Of a stretch of 64,000 nucleotides of DNA, positions 52,673 to 63,041 are shown piece after piece. Origin of the DNA: Geopsychrobacteraceae bacterium (GTDB lineage Bacteria > Desulfobacterota > Desulfuromonadia > Desulfuromonadales > Geopsychrobacteraceae); NCBI GenBank assembly GCA_963662315.1, contig OY759353.1, positions 768,001 to 832,000 of the forward strand, read 5' to 3'. Position 1 is the stretch's first letter. Each line of letters begins with the position of its first letter. The notes under the pieces were generated by a model. The model made no database searches. It was not told where the DNA came from and saw nothing but the letters and a program-made list of their open reading frames with translations. Made by a program: the position numbers and the translations under genes.

Positions 52673-53941
52673 TCAGCCCTGCTTCGGAGTGAAAGTGTCG
52701 GCTTCGAAACTTAACGTAGCAAAATAATCCTTAATGTCCTCTGCCCTTCTGATGAGCTCAACGGTTCCGTCAGCTTTAAGCATCAGTTCTTTGGGGCGCA
52801 GACGGGCATTATACTGGAAACCCATAGCATGACCGTGAGCTCCGGTGTCGTGAATCACTAAAATATCACCGTCGTTGATCTCCGGAAGTTCACGTTGAAT
52901 AGCAAATTTGTCATTATTTTCACAAAGAGATCCGGATACATCATATACCTTGTCCTTTGGAGCATTTTCTTTGCCAATGACATCAATGTGGTGGTAAGAA
53001 CCATAAAGAGCAGGACGCATAAGCGATGACATGCAGGCATCAACGCCAACGTAGTCACGATAAATATTCTTGTGGTTAATAGCAGTTGTGACAAGGCAAC
53101 CATGCGGACCTGTCATATAGCGGCCACTCTCCATGTACATGCGTGGGGCATAGCCGTGTGTGGTTTTAAATTCGTTAAACAGCGTGGTAATTTCTTTGGC
53201 CATCTGTGGAATGTTCAGTGCTTCTTGGGCAGGCTTGTATGGAATACCAAAACCACCACCGATATTGACAAATTCCAGCTGGATGCCAAGCTCTTTTTCA
53301 ATAGATTCAGCCAGCGACAGTACCATACGAGCGGTCTCTACCATATAAGTGTAATCAAGCTCATTCGATGCAACCATTGTATGCAGACCAAAACGCTTTG
53401 CCCCTTTAGCCTGGGCTAGGCGGTAAGCTTCAACAAGCTGTTCATGAGTCACACCATATTTAGCTTCTACAGGATTGCCTATGATAATATTCCCCGTCCG
53501 CCGTGGACCCGGATTATATCTAAAGCAGATCAGTTCAGGAAACTCTGGAACTTTATCGATCAGGGAAATGTCATCTAGATTAAGAACGCAACCCCCTTCA
53601 GCTATCGCAGCGTTAAATTCTTCGGTCGTGGTGTTGTTGGAGGTGAACATAATATCTTCACCACGCCCACCAGCGTTACGGCTCAAAACGAGTTCTGCAA
53701 TGGAACTACAATCATAACCGAAACCCATTTCCTGCATCAGGTTGAGAATCTGGGGATTGGGCAGAGCTTTAACTGCATAATACTCACGAAAGCCGTCAAT
53801 GCCGGAAAATGCGTTTTTAAGATATTCACCGGTTTCTCTTATGCCGACTTCGTCGTAAATATGAAAGGGAGTGCCGTAATGTTCGGCAATTTCGGCGACT
53901 ACAGGGAATAATCTGTCTTTAAAATCTTGAGACATTGGCAT
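52673..53941 (-). CDS. lysA: Diaminopimelate decarboxylase
   Basis: 'YAVKALP', 'NIGGGFG', 'ESGRY', 'GSLCENND'. Confidence 0.9.
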   Translation of the reverse strand: MPMSQDFKDRLFPVVAEIAEHYGTPFHIYDEVGIRETGEYLKNAFSGIDGFREYYAVKALPNPQILNLMQEMGFGYDCSSIAELVLSRNAGGRGEDIMFTSNNTTTEEFNAAIAEGGCVLNLDDISLIDKVPEFPELICFRYNPGPRRTGNIIIGNPVEAKYGVTHEQLVEAYRLAQAKGAKRFGLHTMVASNELDYTYMVETARMVLSLAESIEKELGIQLEFVNIGGGFGIPYKPAQEALNIPQMAKEITTLFNEFKTTHGYAPRMYMESGRYMTGPHGCLVTTAINHKNIYRDYVGVDACMSSLMRPALYGSYHHIDVIGKENAPKDKVYDVSGSLCENNDKFAIQRELPEINDGDILVIHDTGAHGHAMGFQYNARLRPKELMLKADGTVELIRRAEDIKDYFATLSFEADTFTPKQG

Positions 53942-53952
53942 AAGAGAACTCC

Positions 53953-54414
53953 TTAACTTTCTATACTGTTTAAATTAATTTTTCTTGATTCTTTGAATGT
54001 GTTTAAAACGACTTGGGTCCTGGTACTTGCGACTCCAGGTAATAGGCTTATCTCATGACAAACGATACGCCCCAACTCTTGATTGTTTGAAATCCTCAAT
54101 TTTAATAGTATGCAATCTTCCCCGCTGACATAGTGAATATCTTGAATACAGGGAATAGCCATAAGTGCGGTTATGGTCTCATTAAAATCAGGAAATATCC
54201 CTCGCACTTCAACAAATGCTGTGAGCCCTTGCTTGAATGCCTCAGGATTCAATCTGACTTCATATCCTTCAATAATCTGACGTTCTTCCAGTTTGCGAAT
54301 CCGCTCCAATACAGCAGACGGAGCCATACCTACCTGTCTTGCCACTTCCGCATTGGGAATTCTAGCTTTTTCCTGAAGGATTGTCAGAATTTTATAGTCT
54401 ATCTCGTCGATCAT
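53953..54414 (-). CDS. Lrp/AsnC family transcriptional regulator
   Basis: 'DEIDYKILTILQEKARI...VLERIRKLEE'. Confidence 0.92.
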   Translation of the reverse strand: MIDEIDYKILTILQEKARIPNAEVARQVGMAPSAVLERIRKLEERQIIEGYEVRLNPEAFKQGLTAFVEVRGIFPDFNETITALMAIPCIQDIHYVSGEDCILLKLRISNNQELGRIVCHEISLLPGVASTRTQVVLNTFKESRKINLNSIES

Positions 54415-54476
54415 TCTATTATTTCCCCTATTAATAGAATATCGTTCATTCTCTAAAGAAAGTCAATATGGTCTAA

Positions 54477-55463
54477 TCAAGGCAAAACTCCAAGTACTTT
54501 GGAGATCAGGTAGCCTGAATACACTAGATAAATCGTAACAAGCAGACCGCCCTCAATTCTGGAGATCTGGCGATGTTTACGCAAACCAATACAGGCAATA
54601 AAAAGCCCTATGGTCAACATTGCCATAATTAAGCTGTCACGGTACAGAACTTCATGGTCAACATTTAACGGATGTATGACGCCGGCGATACCGACGACAG
54701 CAAGAGTGTTAAATAAGTTCGACCCGAGGACATTCCCAAGCGCCAGATCATGCTCCCCTTTTCTGGTAGCAACTATGGAGGAGGCCAGTTCCGGTAAAGA
54801 AGTCCCGATGGCAACAATAGTCAAACCAATAATGAGATCACTGACACCATAGGTATGAGCAATGGTTACTGCGGCCCAAACAAGGGCACGGGAGCTGAGA
54901 ATGAGAAGAAGCATCCCTACCAGCAGCCAACTAATGGATGCTTTTAAGGGCATGACGTTCATTTCGAGTTTAACATCAAGATCCACCTCTAAACTGTCAT
55001 TACGGGCTCGTAACCCCATAAAGATCCACCAGCCCATAATCAGGCTGAATACACCCAGTAAAACCAATGCATCGAGGCGGCTGAGATAAAAATCAAATAG
55101 TTGCCCAATACCCAGAAACGTTACAACCAACAAAATGGGCAGTTCTTTACGTAGAATCCCTGACTTAACTGAAATGGGGTTAATGATGGCGGTGACGCCA
55201 AGGATAAGAGCAATATTTGAAATGTTGGAACCATAAGCATTTCCCAAGGCCAGCCCAGAGTTCCCTTGTAGGGCAGATATGGCAGACACGATCATCTCGG
55301 GAGCAGATGTTCCAAAGCCGATAATAACCATTCCAATCAAGAGTGATGGCATGCCGGCATGATGAGCTGTTGCCGCAGCGCCTTCGACAAATTTATCAGC
55401 ACTCCAAATGAGAACAGCCATTCCGAGAATAAGTACAAGCAAGGGGACTGCAAGAGAAGACAT
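54477..55463 (-). CDS. Calcium/sodium antiporter (YrbG/CaCA family)
   Basis: Alpha repeats 'GTSAPE...GSNI' and 'GTSLPE...GSNL'. Confidence 0.9.
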   Translation of the reverse strand: MSSLAVPLLVLILGMAVLIWSADKFVEGAAATAHHAGMPSLLIGMVIIGFGTSAPEMIVSAISALQGNSGLALGNAYGSNISNIALILGVTAIINPISVKSGILRKELPILLVVTFLGIGQLFDFYLSRLDALVLLGVFSLIMGWWIFMGLRARNDSLEVDLDVKLEMNVMPLKASISWLLVGMLLLILSSRALVWAAVTIAHTYGVSDLIIGLTIVAIGTSLPELASSIVATRKGEHDLALGNVLGSNLFNTLAVVGIAGVIHPLNVDHEVLYRDSLIMAMLTIGLFIACIGLRKHRQISRIEGGLLVTIYLVYSGYLISKVLGVLP

Positions 55464-55502
55464 AGCTGAATATCCAGATAATAAATTAGAAAACAATAAA
55501 CG

Positions 55503-55624
55503 AGCAGGTAGTCATAGCTTAAAGCAAGTGACGACTCAAATGAAATCGCCAAGACACCAGTGCATTTTGCCTGAGAGTGGCAGGCAGATGCAATGACAAC
55601 CGAAAAAATTTACCCTCCCCTGCT
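55503..55624 (-). ncRNA. Possible yybP-ykoY (Mn2+) riboswitch-like leader
   Basis: Minus strand AGCAGGGGAG...GTCATTGCA...TGCACTGGTGTC...CCTGCT with a closing AGCAGG/CCTGCT helix upstream of a cation exchanger; not a perfect consensus match. Confidence 0.4.
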
Positions 55625-55782
55625 TTTTATTTGGCTGTTATTGAGATATAATCAATTTATAGAAGAAAGGAGGAATGCCTATCGAAGACGACGAAATAGC
55701 AGTTCTACATAGCGTTCCACCCAATCCGGTAGCTTTAAGTTTCCGGAAGATCCTGTGAGTAAGGATATTTTATTCAATAATG

Positions 55783-55848
55783 AAGGCCCGTTTTTAAAAA
55801 GCGGGCCTTTCACTTTAAACCCACTTTATTAATTCTTTAAGTGGGTTT
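55783..55848. terminator. Two adjacent terminator-like hairpins
   Basis: AAGGCCCG...CGGGCCTT and AAACCCACTT...AAGTGGGTTT. Confidence 0.65.
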
Positions 55849-55858
55849 TATATGCCAA

Positions 55859-56617
55859 TCAACCGAGGAAATGAGATACCTCTTCAAAAAAGTTATCAAG
55901 TTCTCGGTTCACAAAATATCGGTTATCAGTTCTATTCAGCATGACTTCACCTTTATTGACTATAATCGTTGGCGCGCTGGTCAAATACGGTAAGTGAGAA
56001 GCCGGTGCTACCTGAAGTGAAGAACCAAGAATCAGTAATAAATCACAATTTTTTACAACGAGCTCTGCTTCGGAAAAATGATTCACCGCTTCACCGAAAA
56101 AAACGATATCTGGTTTCAAAACTCCTTTGCATTTTTGGCACCGAGCAACTGGATAACTAGAACTTGCAGTGATTGCATCCTTCCACCAGACATAGGATAG
56201 ATTTGAATAATAAGTGTCACACCCGGTACAATGGGCACTATTGTATGAACCATGGAGGTCTATAATCCGCCTGTTACCAGCTTGGTAATGTAATAAGTCG
56301 ATATTTTGCGTGATAATATGATCGAGGAGTCCCCGATTTTCAAGCCGGGCTAAAAAACGATGGGTATAGGTTGGTTTGATATTATTGATTGAATTAATAA
56401 AATCGTTTGTAAAATAGTAAAAATACGCGGGTTCAGAGTAGAAATAATTAATGTCAAAAACTTTTTCAGGATCATGCTTTTTGGTTACATAAAGACCTTG
56501 AGGACCTCGGAAATCTGGAATTCCTGCCGCTGTTGAAATTCCGGCACCAGATAAAACTGCAATGGAAAGACTCGACTCTATCAATCTGGCACACTGCAGG
56601 GAAGATATTTCCTTCAT
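55859..56617 (-). CDS. cobB: Sir2/CobB family NAD-dependent protein deacylase
   Basis: 'GAGISTAAGIPDFRG', 'TQNID', 'LHG', two CxxC, 'KPDIVFFGE', 'GSSL'. Confidence 0.9.
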   Translation of the reverse strand: MKEISSLQCARLIESSLSIAVLSGAGISTAAGIPDFRGPQGLYVTKKHDPEKVFDINYFYSEPAYFYYFTNDFINSINNIKPTYTHRFLARLENRGLLDHIITQNIDLLHYQAGNRRIIDLHGSYNSAHCTGCDTYYSNLSYVWWKDAITASSSYPVARCQKCKGVLKPDIVFFGEAVNHFSEAELVVKNCDLLLILGSSLQVAPASHLPYLTSAPTIIVNKGEVMLNRTDNRYFVNRELDNFFEEVSHFLG

Positions 56618-57231
56618 GGCAAGCTTCATCCTTAATCAGTAATAAAATTACACATCGTGTATTGCTTTTAGCATAAGCCCCTCCAGACAACAAGAACACT
56701 TCCAAGCGAAGGAATTGTGTGGGTTATTTAAACCGAGAGAAAATTGTGGGTAGACCTTTGGTTCGCTGATTATCGGCGCAGGATTTGCTAGCATTCTGAG
56801 TAAAAAATGATATTTCGCCCATGCTTGTAAGGATCTTGTGTCTGTTGACTGGCTATTGATTTTGCCAGTCTATTTTTAATATTAAGAAATTATCAGCGTA
56901 TATCTGCAAAGATAAAGCTTTTAATAATTGATATGTTAGCCCTAACAACCTCGTCTAAAGATCAGCAACGATTATCCGGATTTAGCGAACGAGCTTGTCT
57001 TAAGAAAGAAATAATCAGTACCCCAAATCATAAAAACGATGCGAATTTTATTGTTAAACGCGGTTGCTTGCGGGAGTCTGAACCTGCTGATATTTTCAGC
57101 ACCCGTGTCAAAAACTTATGCAGAGCCGATGAGAAAATCCATTATCAATATGAATTAAATTTAAATGCTCCTGGGCCAACAGATGAATTATTTACGTTCA
57201 GGAGCCAATCGCTTGAAAAGGAGTTAAGAAC

Positions 57232-57528
57232 ATGTCGCAAGCACAAACCAAGACCGATAGATATGTTTCGTTTAAAGGTATTGAAGAGGATAAAAATACC
57301 AGAGAATTCATCCGTCTGCTCAGGGTCCATATTGATGACCCTGAAAAGACCAATGCGTTCTGGGAAAGATACAAACAAATGCTCGCAGATTCTGAGTCGG
57401 GACGGTCTGGAAAGGATTATCTCTTTCTAATTCATAGTTACATCAATATCTTAAGAGATTATCTTGAAGAGATGGATGATGCCATGGCGCTTGCGCTGCT
57501 TGAAAAAATCGAAGCTGAAAGCTGTTAA
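57232..57528 (+). CDS. cowN: N2-fixation sustaining protein CowN
   Basis: 'DRYVSFKGI', 'FWE', 'LFLIHSYIN', C-terminal 'ALALLEKIEAESC' match the CowN pattern as I recall it; RBS AGGAG. Confidence 0.75.
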   Translation: MSQAQTKTDRYVSFKGIEEDKNTREFIRLLRVHIDDPEKTNAFWERYKQMLADSESGRSGKDYLFLIHSYINILRDYLEEMDDAMALALLEKIEAESC

Positions 57529-57550
57529 TCGTTTCTTTGATAATCGGTAA

Positions 57551-58918
57551 TTATTCCTTTCTCCTTTGGAGAATGCCGACAATAAAAATAGATAATGAGA
57601 TTCCAAGTCCAAGGTACAATGGCTGCACCTGCTGGAATTTTGTTACTCCGAATCCGATGACACAAAGAGGAGCGATCAGAATAGAGAGAGCTCCTGCTTT
57701 GCGTAGGTTGAACTTGGAAAAAAACACGGCAAAGGTAATAGGAAAAAAAAGCGTAGAGCCACGTAATCCCATCGACAGAAAGCTCCAGTCCATAATCGCT
57801 GACCCAAGGTTAAAGAGCAAGAGCACAAAAGCACCAGCGACAATGGCTATTGTCAGTAAGCGGTAGTAAATCAGACTCAACTTTTGGTTCAAAAACAATG
57901 ATTTTAACACATCTACTTTAAGCGTAGTGGATACCCCGAGCGCTAAGCCGGAAGCGGTCCCTACGGCAGCTATCAGCAAGGTTGCGAAAGCCACTCCTGC
58001 GAAAATATCCGGGGTATAATGAAGTAAAAAAGTGGGTAGTGCCAGTGCACTTTGCAAATCTGGGCTAGTTTGTTTCATAAACAATCCAACCAAAATACCC
58101 AATAAGCCGAGAGGCGGGATGAAGATTGCGCTGAGTAAAGCCCCTTTACGCGCGGATGTTGCGTCCTGAGCAGAGAAAATAGCCTGCAGGTAAGTTTGCG
58201 TTGAAATAACGCCAACAATCATAGACAGAAGGTCTGAAATTCCTTGTGCAAAGCCATAACCAAACAGGCTGAACCATGGATAATCGGGGAAATGAGCGGT
58301 CAAAGCATTTATTCCCCCGGCCTGACAGATGGATATAACGCCAGCAGCGACCATGGTGAGATAGATTAAGGCCATTTTGACCATCCCAGTGGCGCCTGCA
58401 GCCTTCATTCCTCCCCCAAGGGTAAATGCCAATACCAACAATGATGAAATACTGGCGCTCCAGACCAACGGCATATCAAACAGAACCGCAAGGATTGCAC
58501 CGCATGCCAGCAACTGGGCGACAATCTGGATAAACATACCGATGGCAGAAAACAGGCTGGCAATTATCCTTGCCCTTTCTCCATGGTACCTGCTGATGAA
58601 TTCAGGAATTGTTTCGACCTGACTATTACGTAATGGCATGGCAAAAAAAATGGCCAGACAAAAACAGGCGATTCCTGCACCAAGGGTAAACCACCAAGCT
58701 GAAAGCCCCCATAAAAAAGCCAGTTGTGCAGTGCCGATTGTTGATGCTCCTCCGACCAATGTACCGGTAATGGCTCCAAATACATTCCATGGCCCGGATT
58801 TACGTCCACCCAGGGAAAAATCGTGGCTACTTCTCGCTTTACTTTTGCCTCCCCAAGCCATGTAAATAATCAAAGTTAATGTCAGGCAAAATGATACCAG
58901 AAAAAGAGGAGTGGTCAT
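57551..58918 (-). CDS. Sodium:solute symporter family protein
   Basis: 'DFSLGGR', 'VGGASTIG', 'TIPEF...RY', many TM helices. Confidence 0.85.
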   Translation of the reverse strand: MTTPLFLVSFCLTLTLIIYMAWGGKSKARSSHDFSLGGRKSGPWNVFGAITGTLVGGASTIGTAQLAFLWGLSAWWFTLGAGIACFCLAIFFAMPLRNSQVETIPEFISRYHGERARIIASLFSAIGMFIQIVAQLLACGAILAVLFDMPLVWSASISSLLVLAFTLGGGMKAAGATGMVKMALIYLTMVAAGVISICQAGGINALTAHFPDYPWFSLFGYGFAQGISDLLSMIVGVISTQTYLQAIFSAQDATSARKGALLSAIFIPPLGLLGILVGLFMKQTSPDLQSALALPTFLLHYTPDIFAGVAFATLLIAAVGTASGLALGVSTTLKVDVLKSLFLNQKLSLIYYRLLTIAIVAGAFVLLLFNLGSAIMDWSFLSMGLRGSTLFFPITFAVFFSKFNLRKAGALSILIAPLCVIGFGVTKFQQVQPLYLGLGISLSIFIVGILQRRKE

Positions 58919-59182
58919 GTTATGGCATCCTATAATCTATTGTGAGACATGGGTTTGAACGGAATATATTCCCCCTTAGCCAGTTTTTGAAAAACTATTC
59001 GCGCTGCAATTGCGCGTTAAGAAAGGATTATTTATACAGAATAAAATTATGCCAATTATATTTATCTATGAAATTGACAAGTTCGATATTAATAATTAGT
59101 ATCATACAAATGAGAGAATTTACGAGTTCTCTCAAATCGGGTTCCAAGGAAGCATCCCCCTCCGCTTTTTTGGAACCCTTTT

Positions 59183-60298
59183 TTATTCCAGGCGTTGTTT
59201 TATTTCATAGATCTTCTTCCAAGACTGATCAATCCTATCCCTTGGTATTTTGCCCTCATTGATCAGATTAAGAATAATCGCTATTTTCCGCTGCAACAGG
59301 TCTGGTTCGAATTTTAAATTATTACCAAAAATCAATAAATCATTTCCGGCCATAATGGCATGGTACAAAATCTCCTGCTCAGAATAGTGTTTTTGTAATG
59401 CATCCATCTGCAGATCATCTGAAATAACCAACCCTTTATAGCCAAGTTCTGTTTTTAATAACTGAGTGATAGCTTTTGTGGATAACGAGGCCGGATAATC
59501 TGCATCGATAGTGTTGTTAAAAACATGGGCAACCATAACCATATCGACTATCCCCTGACTGATAAGTGCTTTATAGGGCTGGAGCTCATACTCGTGCCAA
59601 AGTGTCGAAATATCGACGTAGCCGAGGTGTGAATCATTAAGGGAACTTCCGTGACCAGGAAAATGTTTCAGAACCGTTAATATTTTATATTGTGTGTGTG
59701 CCCTTATGAACATTGAGGCTAAGCGGGTTACGGTTTCGCTATCAGCCGCATAGCAACGTTTCAGCTTAGCGATAACAGGGTTATCGGGATTAGTGCACAG
59801 ATCTACAACAGGTGCCAGATTTATATTGATACCATTAAGGGCTATCTGTTTAGCCGTGTGGTTAAACTCCTGCATTATTGCGGTGTCGTCCTGCCACGTC
59901 CCAATATAAAGAGCGTCACTCCCACGATTAAAACCATTATGTTCATTCAGCCTGGCGACCCGGCCTCCTTCCTGATCAACAGCAATAAATAATGGTATCT
60001 GAGAGCTATTTTTAAGTTCGGTTGTCAACTGTTTCAGCTGCTGTGGCGAGGCAATATTTCTCGGTCGGCTTTTTAATGCAACGTCATAATCAAAAAGAAT
60101 GACTCCACCCAACATGTTTTTATTCAGGGCAAGTCTTATGTCGTCAGCTTCACTCAGTGTTAATCCACGAAATCCGACCACCATCATTTGTCCAATTTTC
60201 TGTTCCAACGTTAAATCTGGCACTGCGGCAGCAGCTGTTGTAGGCAAGAAATAAATACTGAGGATAATAATTAGCAGAGAACTGAAGTTTTTGCGCAT
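59183..60298 (-). CDS. nagZ: Glycoside hydrolase family 3, beta-N-acetylglucosaminidase (NagZ-like), secreted
   Basis: 'DQEGGRV', 'KHFPGHG...DSH', 'SDDLQM'; signal peptide. Confidence 0.85.
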   Translation of the reverse strand: MRKNFSSLLIIILSIYFLPTTAAAAVPDLTLEQKIGQMMVVGFRGLTLSEADDIRLALNKNMLGGVILFDYDVALKSRPRNIASPQQLKQLTTELKNSSQIPLFIAVDQEGGRVARLNEHNGFNRGSDALYIGTWQDDTAIMQEFNHTAKQIALNGININLAPVVDLCTNPDNPVIAKLKRCYAADSETVTRLASMFIRAHTQYKILTVLKHFPGHGSSLNDSHLGYVDISTLWHEYELQPYKALISQGIVDMVMVAHVFNNTIDADYPASLSTKAITQLLKTELGYKGLVISDDLQMDALQKHYSEQEILYHAIMAGNDLLIFGNNLKFEPDLLQRKIAIILNLINEGKIPRDRIDQSWKKIYEIKQRLE

Positions 60299-60408
60299 AT
60301 AGGATCCGATTAAGATGTTGAACGCTCTTCCCAACATTAATATTGTTTAAATAATTGGTGTCAATATGTTACATTGCACTCAGTCCTTACTATTATGAGA
60401 GGGTGCTC

Positions 60409-61470
60409 ATGGCAAAAATAGATAAATTATTTCAAATCTTAAAGCAAAAAGGCGGGTCAGATCTGCATTTATCTCCAGACAATGCTCCTTTGATCCGAGT
60501 TTCCGGTCAGCTGCAGCCCGTAGTTGAACAGGTTCTTAACCATGCTCAATATCGTTCTTTACTATACGAAATAATGACAGAGCAGCAACAAAAAGATTTT
60601 GAGGAACGCCGGGATCTTGATTTCGCCTACGAAGTGACTGAGCTGAATGCCCGTTTTCGCGCTAATATTTTCATGGGAAGGCTTGGTATCAGTGCGGTAT
60701 TCAGAATTATCCCGGCGACTATCCTTACTGTCGAACAACTGGGCCTTCCCCAGACTGTATTGAATCTAACCGAGTACAAAAAGGGGCTTATTCTGGTGAC
60801 AGGCCCTACCGGCAGCGGCAAGTCAACAACACTGGCCGCAATGATCGACCATATCAACAAGACTCGAAACGAACATATTCTCACGGTTGAAGACCCGATT
60901 GAATTTGTGCACAAGCCTCAGGGCAGCCTTATTAACCAACGTGAAGTAGGAATTCATACCAAAAGCTTTGCCTCTGCATTGAAAGCCGCATTACGTGAAG
61001 ATCCGGATATTATCCTGGTTGGAGAAATGCGTGATCTTGAAACAATAGAGCTTGCTATTACAGCAGCAGAAACCGGGCACCTGGTTTTTGGAACGTTGCA
61101 CACCAGTAGTGCTGCAAAAACCGTTGACCGCCTAGTCAATGTTTTCCCGACTACGCAGCAGGAACAGATAAGAACCATGCTTTCAGAATCTTTACGTGGT
61201 GTTGTCGCTCAACAGTTATGCCGGACAATTGATGGCAAACGATGCGCTGCCCTTGAAATACTGAAAGTCAATGCGGCATCAGCAAACCTGATTCGCGAGG
61301 GAAAAACTTTTCAAATCCCTTCAATTATTCAAACCGGGAAAAAAGAAGGAATGCAGCTGATGGATCAGGCTTTGCAGGATCTGGTTAAGCAAAAGCGGAT
61401 TAGCGTCGAAGAAGCAACTCGGTTCGCTGTCAATAAGAATCTGTTCCAAACCAATGAAACGGGAGCTTAG
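60409..61470 (+). CDS. pilT: Type IV pilus retraction ATPase PilT (paralogue)
   Basis: 'SDLHL', 'GPTGSGKST', 'LREDPDIILVGEMRD', 'ANLIREGK'. Confidence 0.92.
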   Translation: MAKIDKLFQILKQKGGSDLHLSPDNAPLIRVSGQLQPVVEQVLNHAQYRSLLYEIMTEQQQKDFEERRDLDFAYEVTELNARFRANIFMGRLGISAVFRIIPATILTVEQLGLPQTVLNLTEYKKGLILVTGPTGSGKSTTLAAMIDHINKTRNEHILTVEDPIEFVHKPQGSLINQREVGIHTKSFASALKAALREDPDIILVGEMRDLETIELAITAAETGHLVFGTLHTSSAAKTVDRLVNVFPTTQQEQIRTMLSESLRGVVAQQLCRTIDGKRCAALEILKVNAASANLIREGKTFQIPSIIQTGKKEGMQLMDQALQDLVKQKRISVEEATRFAVNKNLFQTNETGA

Positions 61471-61472
61471 CT

Positions 61473-61922
61473 ATGGATGATCATCGGATATCTGTTGAGA
61501 CAAGGTACGTTGACATATTGCTCACTAATGGCAATCAGGTCTCTGGTGACATGTTTCTCCAACTACACGGCACCAAGTCATATGAACCGCAAAGGATTGA
61601 AGAGTTATTGAACGGGGAAAATGAATTTATTCCTGTACGTCATGGCGACAGGGTCTTTCTGTTGAACATCAGACACATTGTTTCTTTGACCTGTGATGCT
61701 GACAGCGAGCTCACTGATTTACAGCGTTTAGGGGAACAATATAGTGTTTCTGTGGAAACTGTTAACGGTCAACTGGATGATCTTCAGGTTTTTGTCAATC
61801 TCCCTTCGGGAAAACAGCGAATTAAAGATTTCTTGAATCAAAGAAAGACATTTTTATTATTTATAAAAGACAATAAGGGAATCTATTTGCAAAGAGATAT
61901 GATTGTCCGGGTAAGCGATTGA
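61473..61922 (+). CDS. Hypothetical protein with an internal two-fold repeat
   Basis: Starts 2 nt after the pilT stop; halves 'RIEELLNGENEF' and 'RIKDFLNQRKTF'. Confidence 0.75.
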   Translation: MDDHRISVETRYVDILLTNGNQVSGDMFLQLHGTKSYEPQRIEELLNGENEFIPVRHGDRVFLLNIRHIVSLTCDADSELTDLQRLGEQYSVSVETVNGQLDDLQVFVNLPSGKQRIKDFLNQRKTFLLFIKDNKGIYLQRDMIVRVSD

Positions 61923-62021
61923 AAAAACTTACAAATAAATAATTCACTATATGGAGGTGACTCTGGTGGAATTCAGGGTCACCTCCGTTTGATTGTTTTA
62001 AACGATATTTAGATCAAGTGA

Positions 62022-63041
62022 CTATCGCTCGGGCAGCGTTTTTTTTAAATCTAAAGCGACATCGACAATCATATCCTCCTGACCTCCTACCATCCGACGT
62101 TTACCCAGTTCCATTAAGATATCGCGCATATCAATACCGTATTTTAGTGAGGCCGTCTCGGCATGGCGCAAAAAGCTGGAATAGACGCCTGCATATCCAA
62201 GTGACAGTGATTGCCGGTCAACCTGAATAGGACGATCTTGAAGTGGCCGAACGATATCCTGAGCTGCATCCATCAGGGCAAACAGGTTACATTGATGGGG
62301 AATATGACTGCGGTCGGCAACGGCAATAAAAGCTTCCAGAGGTGTGTTCCCTGCCCCGGCACCATTTCCCGCAAGGGCAGCATCGACACGAATAGCGCCC
62401 ATATTTACGGCAGCTATTGAGTTGGCAACACTTAATGCCAGATTGTGATGGCAATGAATGCCAACTTGGGTCGCAGGATTAAGGGTTTGTTTAAAGGCAT
62501 CAATTCTTTCCTCAATCTGGTTGGTCAACATAGCTCCTGCAGAATCGACAACATAAACACAACCTGCGCCATAGCTTTCCATCAATTTAGCCTGCGCTGC
62601 AAGTTGCTGCGGAGCGATCATATGCGACATCATCAAGAAACCGATCGTATCCATCCCTAACTCTCGGGCCATTGCAATATGCTGCCTTGAAATATCAGCT
62701 TCCGTACAATGAGTGGCGATCCGCACCGACCTTGCTCCAGCGCTGTACGCATGTTTCAGGTCGTCAACGGTACCTATCCCGGGGATCAGTAATACGGTAA
62801 TAAGGGCATTTTCAACCACTTCTGCCGCCGTTTCTATCCACTCAATATCCGTATGCAAACCAAATCCATAGTTAAAGCTACTGCCGCTAAGACCATCACC
62901 GTGACAAACCTCAATGCCATTAACACCCGCTTTATCAAGTGCTGCGGCAATGGTACGGACCTGATCTTTGGTATATTGATGACGAACCGCATGCATCCCG
63001 TCTCGTAGTGTTACATCCTGAATATATAAATGATTTGTCAT
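62022..63041 (-). CDS. dmpG: 4-hydroxy-2-oxovalerate aldolase
   Basis: 'DVTLRDGMH', 'HGDGL', 'ATHCTEAD', 'HCHHNL', '[10 protein letters not shown]', 'VGGQEDMI'. Confidence 0.95.
   Translation of the reverse strand: MTNHLYIQDVTLRDGMHAVRHQYTKDQVRTIAAALDKAGVNGIEVCHGDGLSGSSFNYGFGLHTDIEWIETAAEVVENALITVLLIPGIGTVDDLKHAYSAGARSVRIATHCTEADISRQHIAMARELGMDTIGFLMMSHMIAPQQLAAQAKLMESYGAGCVYVVDSAGAMLTNQIEERIDAFKQTLNPATQVGIHCHHNLALSVANSIAAVNMGAIRVDAALAGNGAGAGNTPLEAFIAVADRSHIPHQCNLFALMDAAQDIVRPLQDRPIQVDRQSLSLGYAGVYSSFLRHAETASLKYGIDMRDILMELGKRRMVGGQEDMIVDVALDLKKTLPER

Noticed and set aside
56933..57430. 165-aa ORF upstream of and overlapping cowN
   Set aside because: Out-of-frame overlap with the better-supported cowN; no recognisable domain or RBS.
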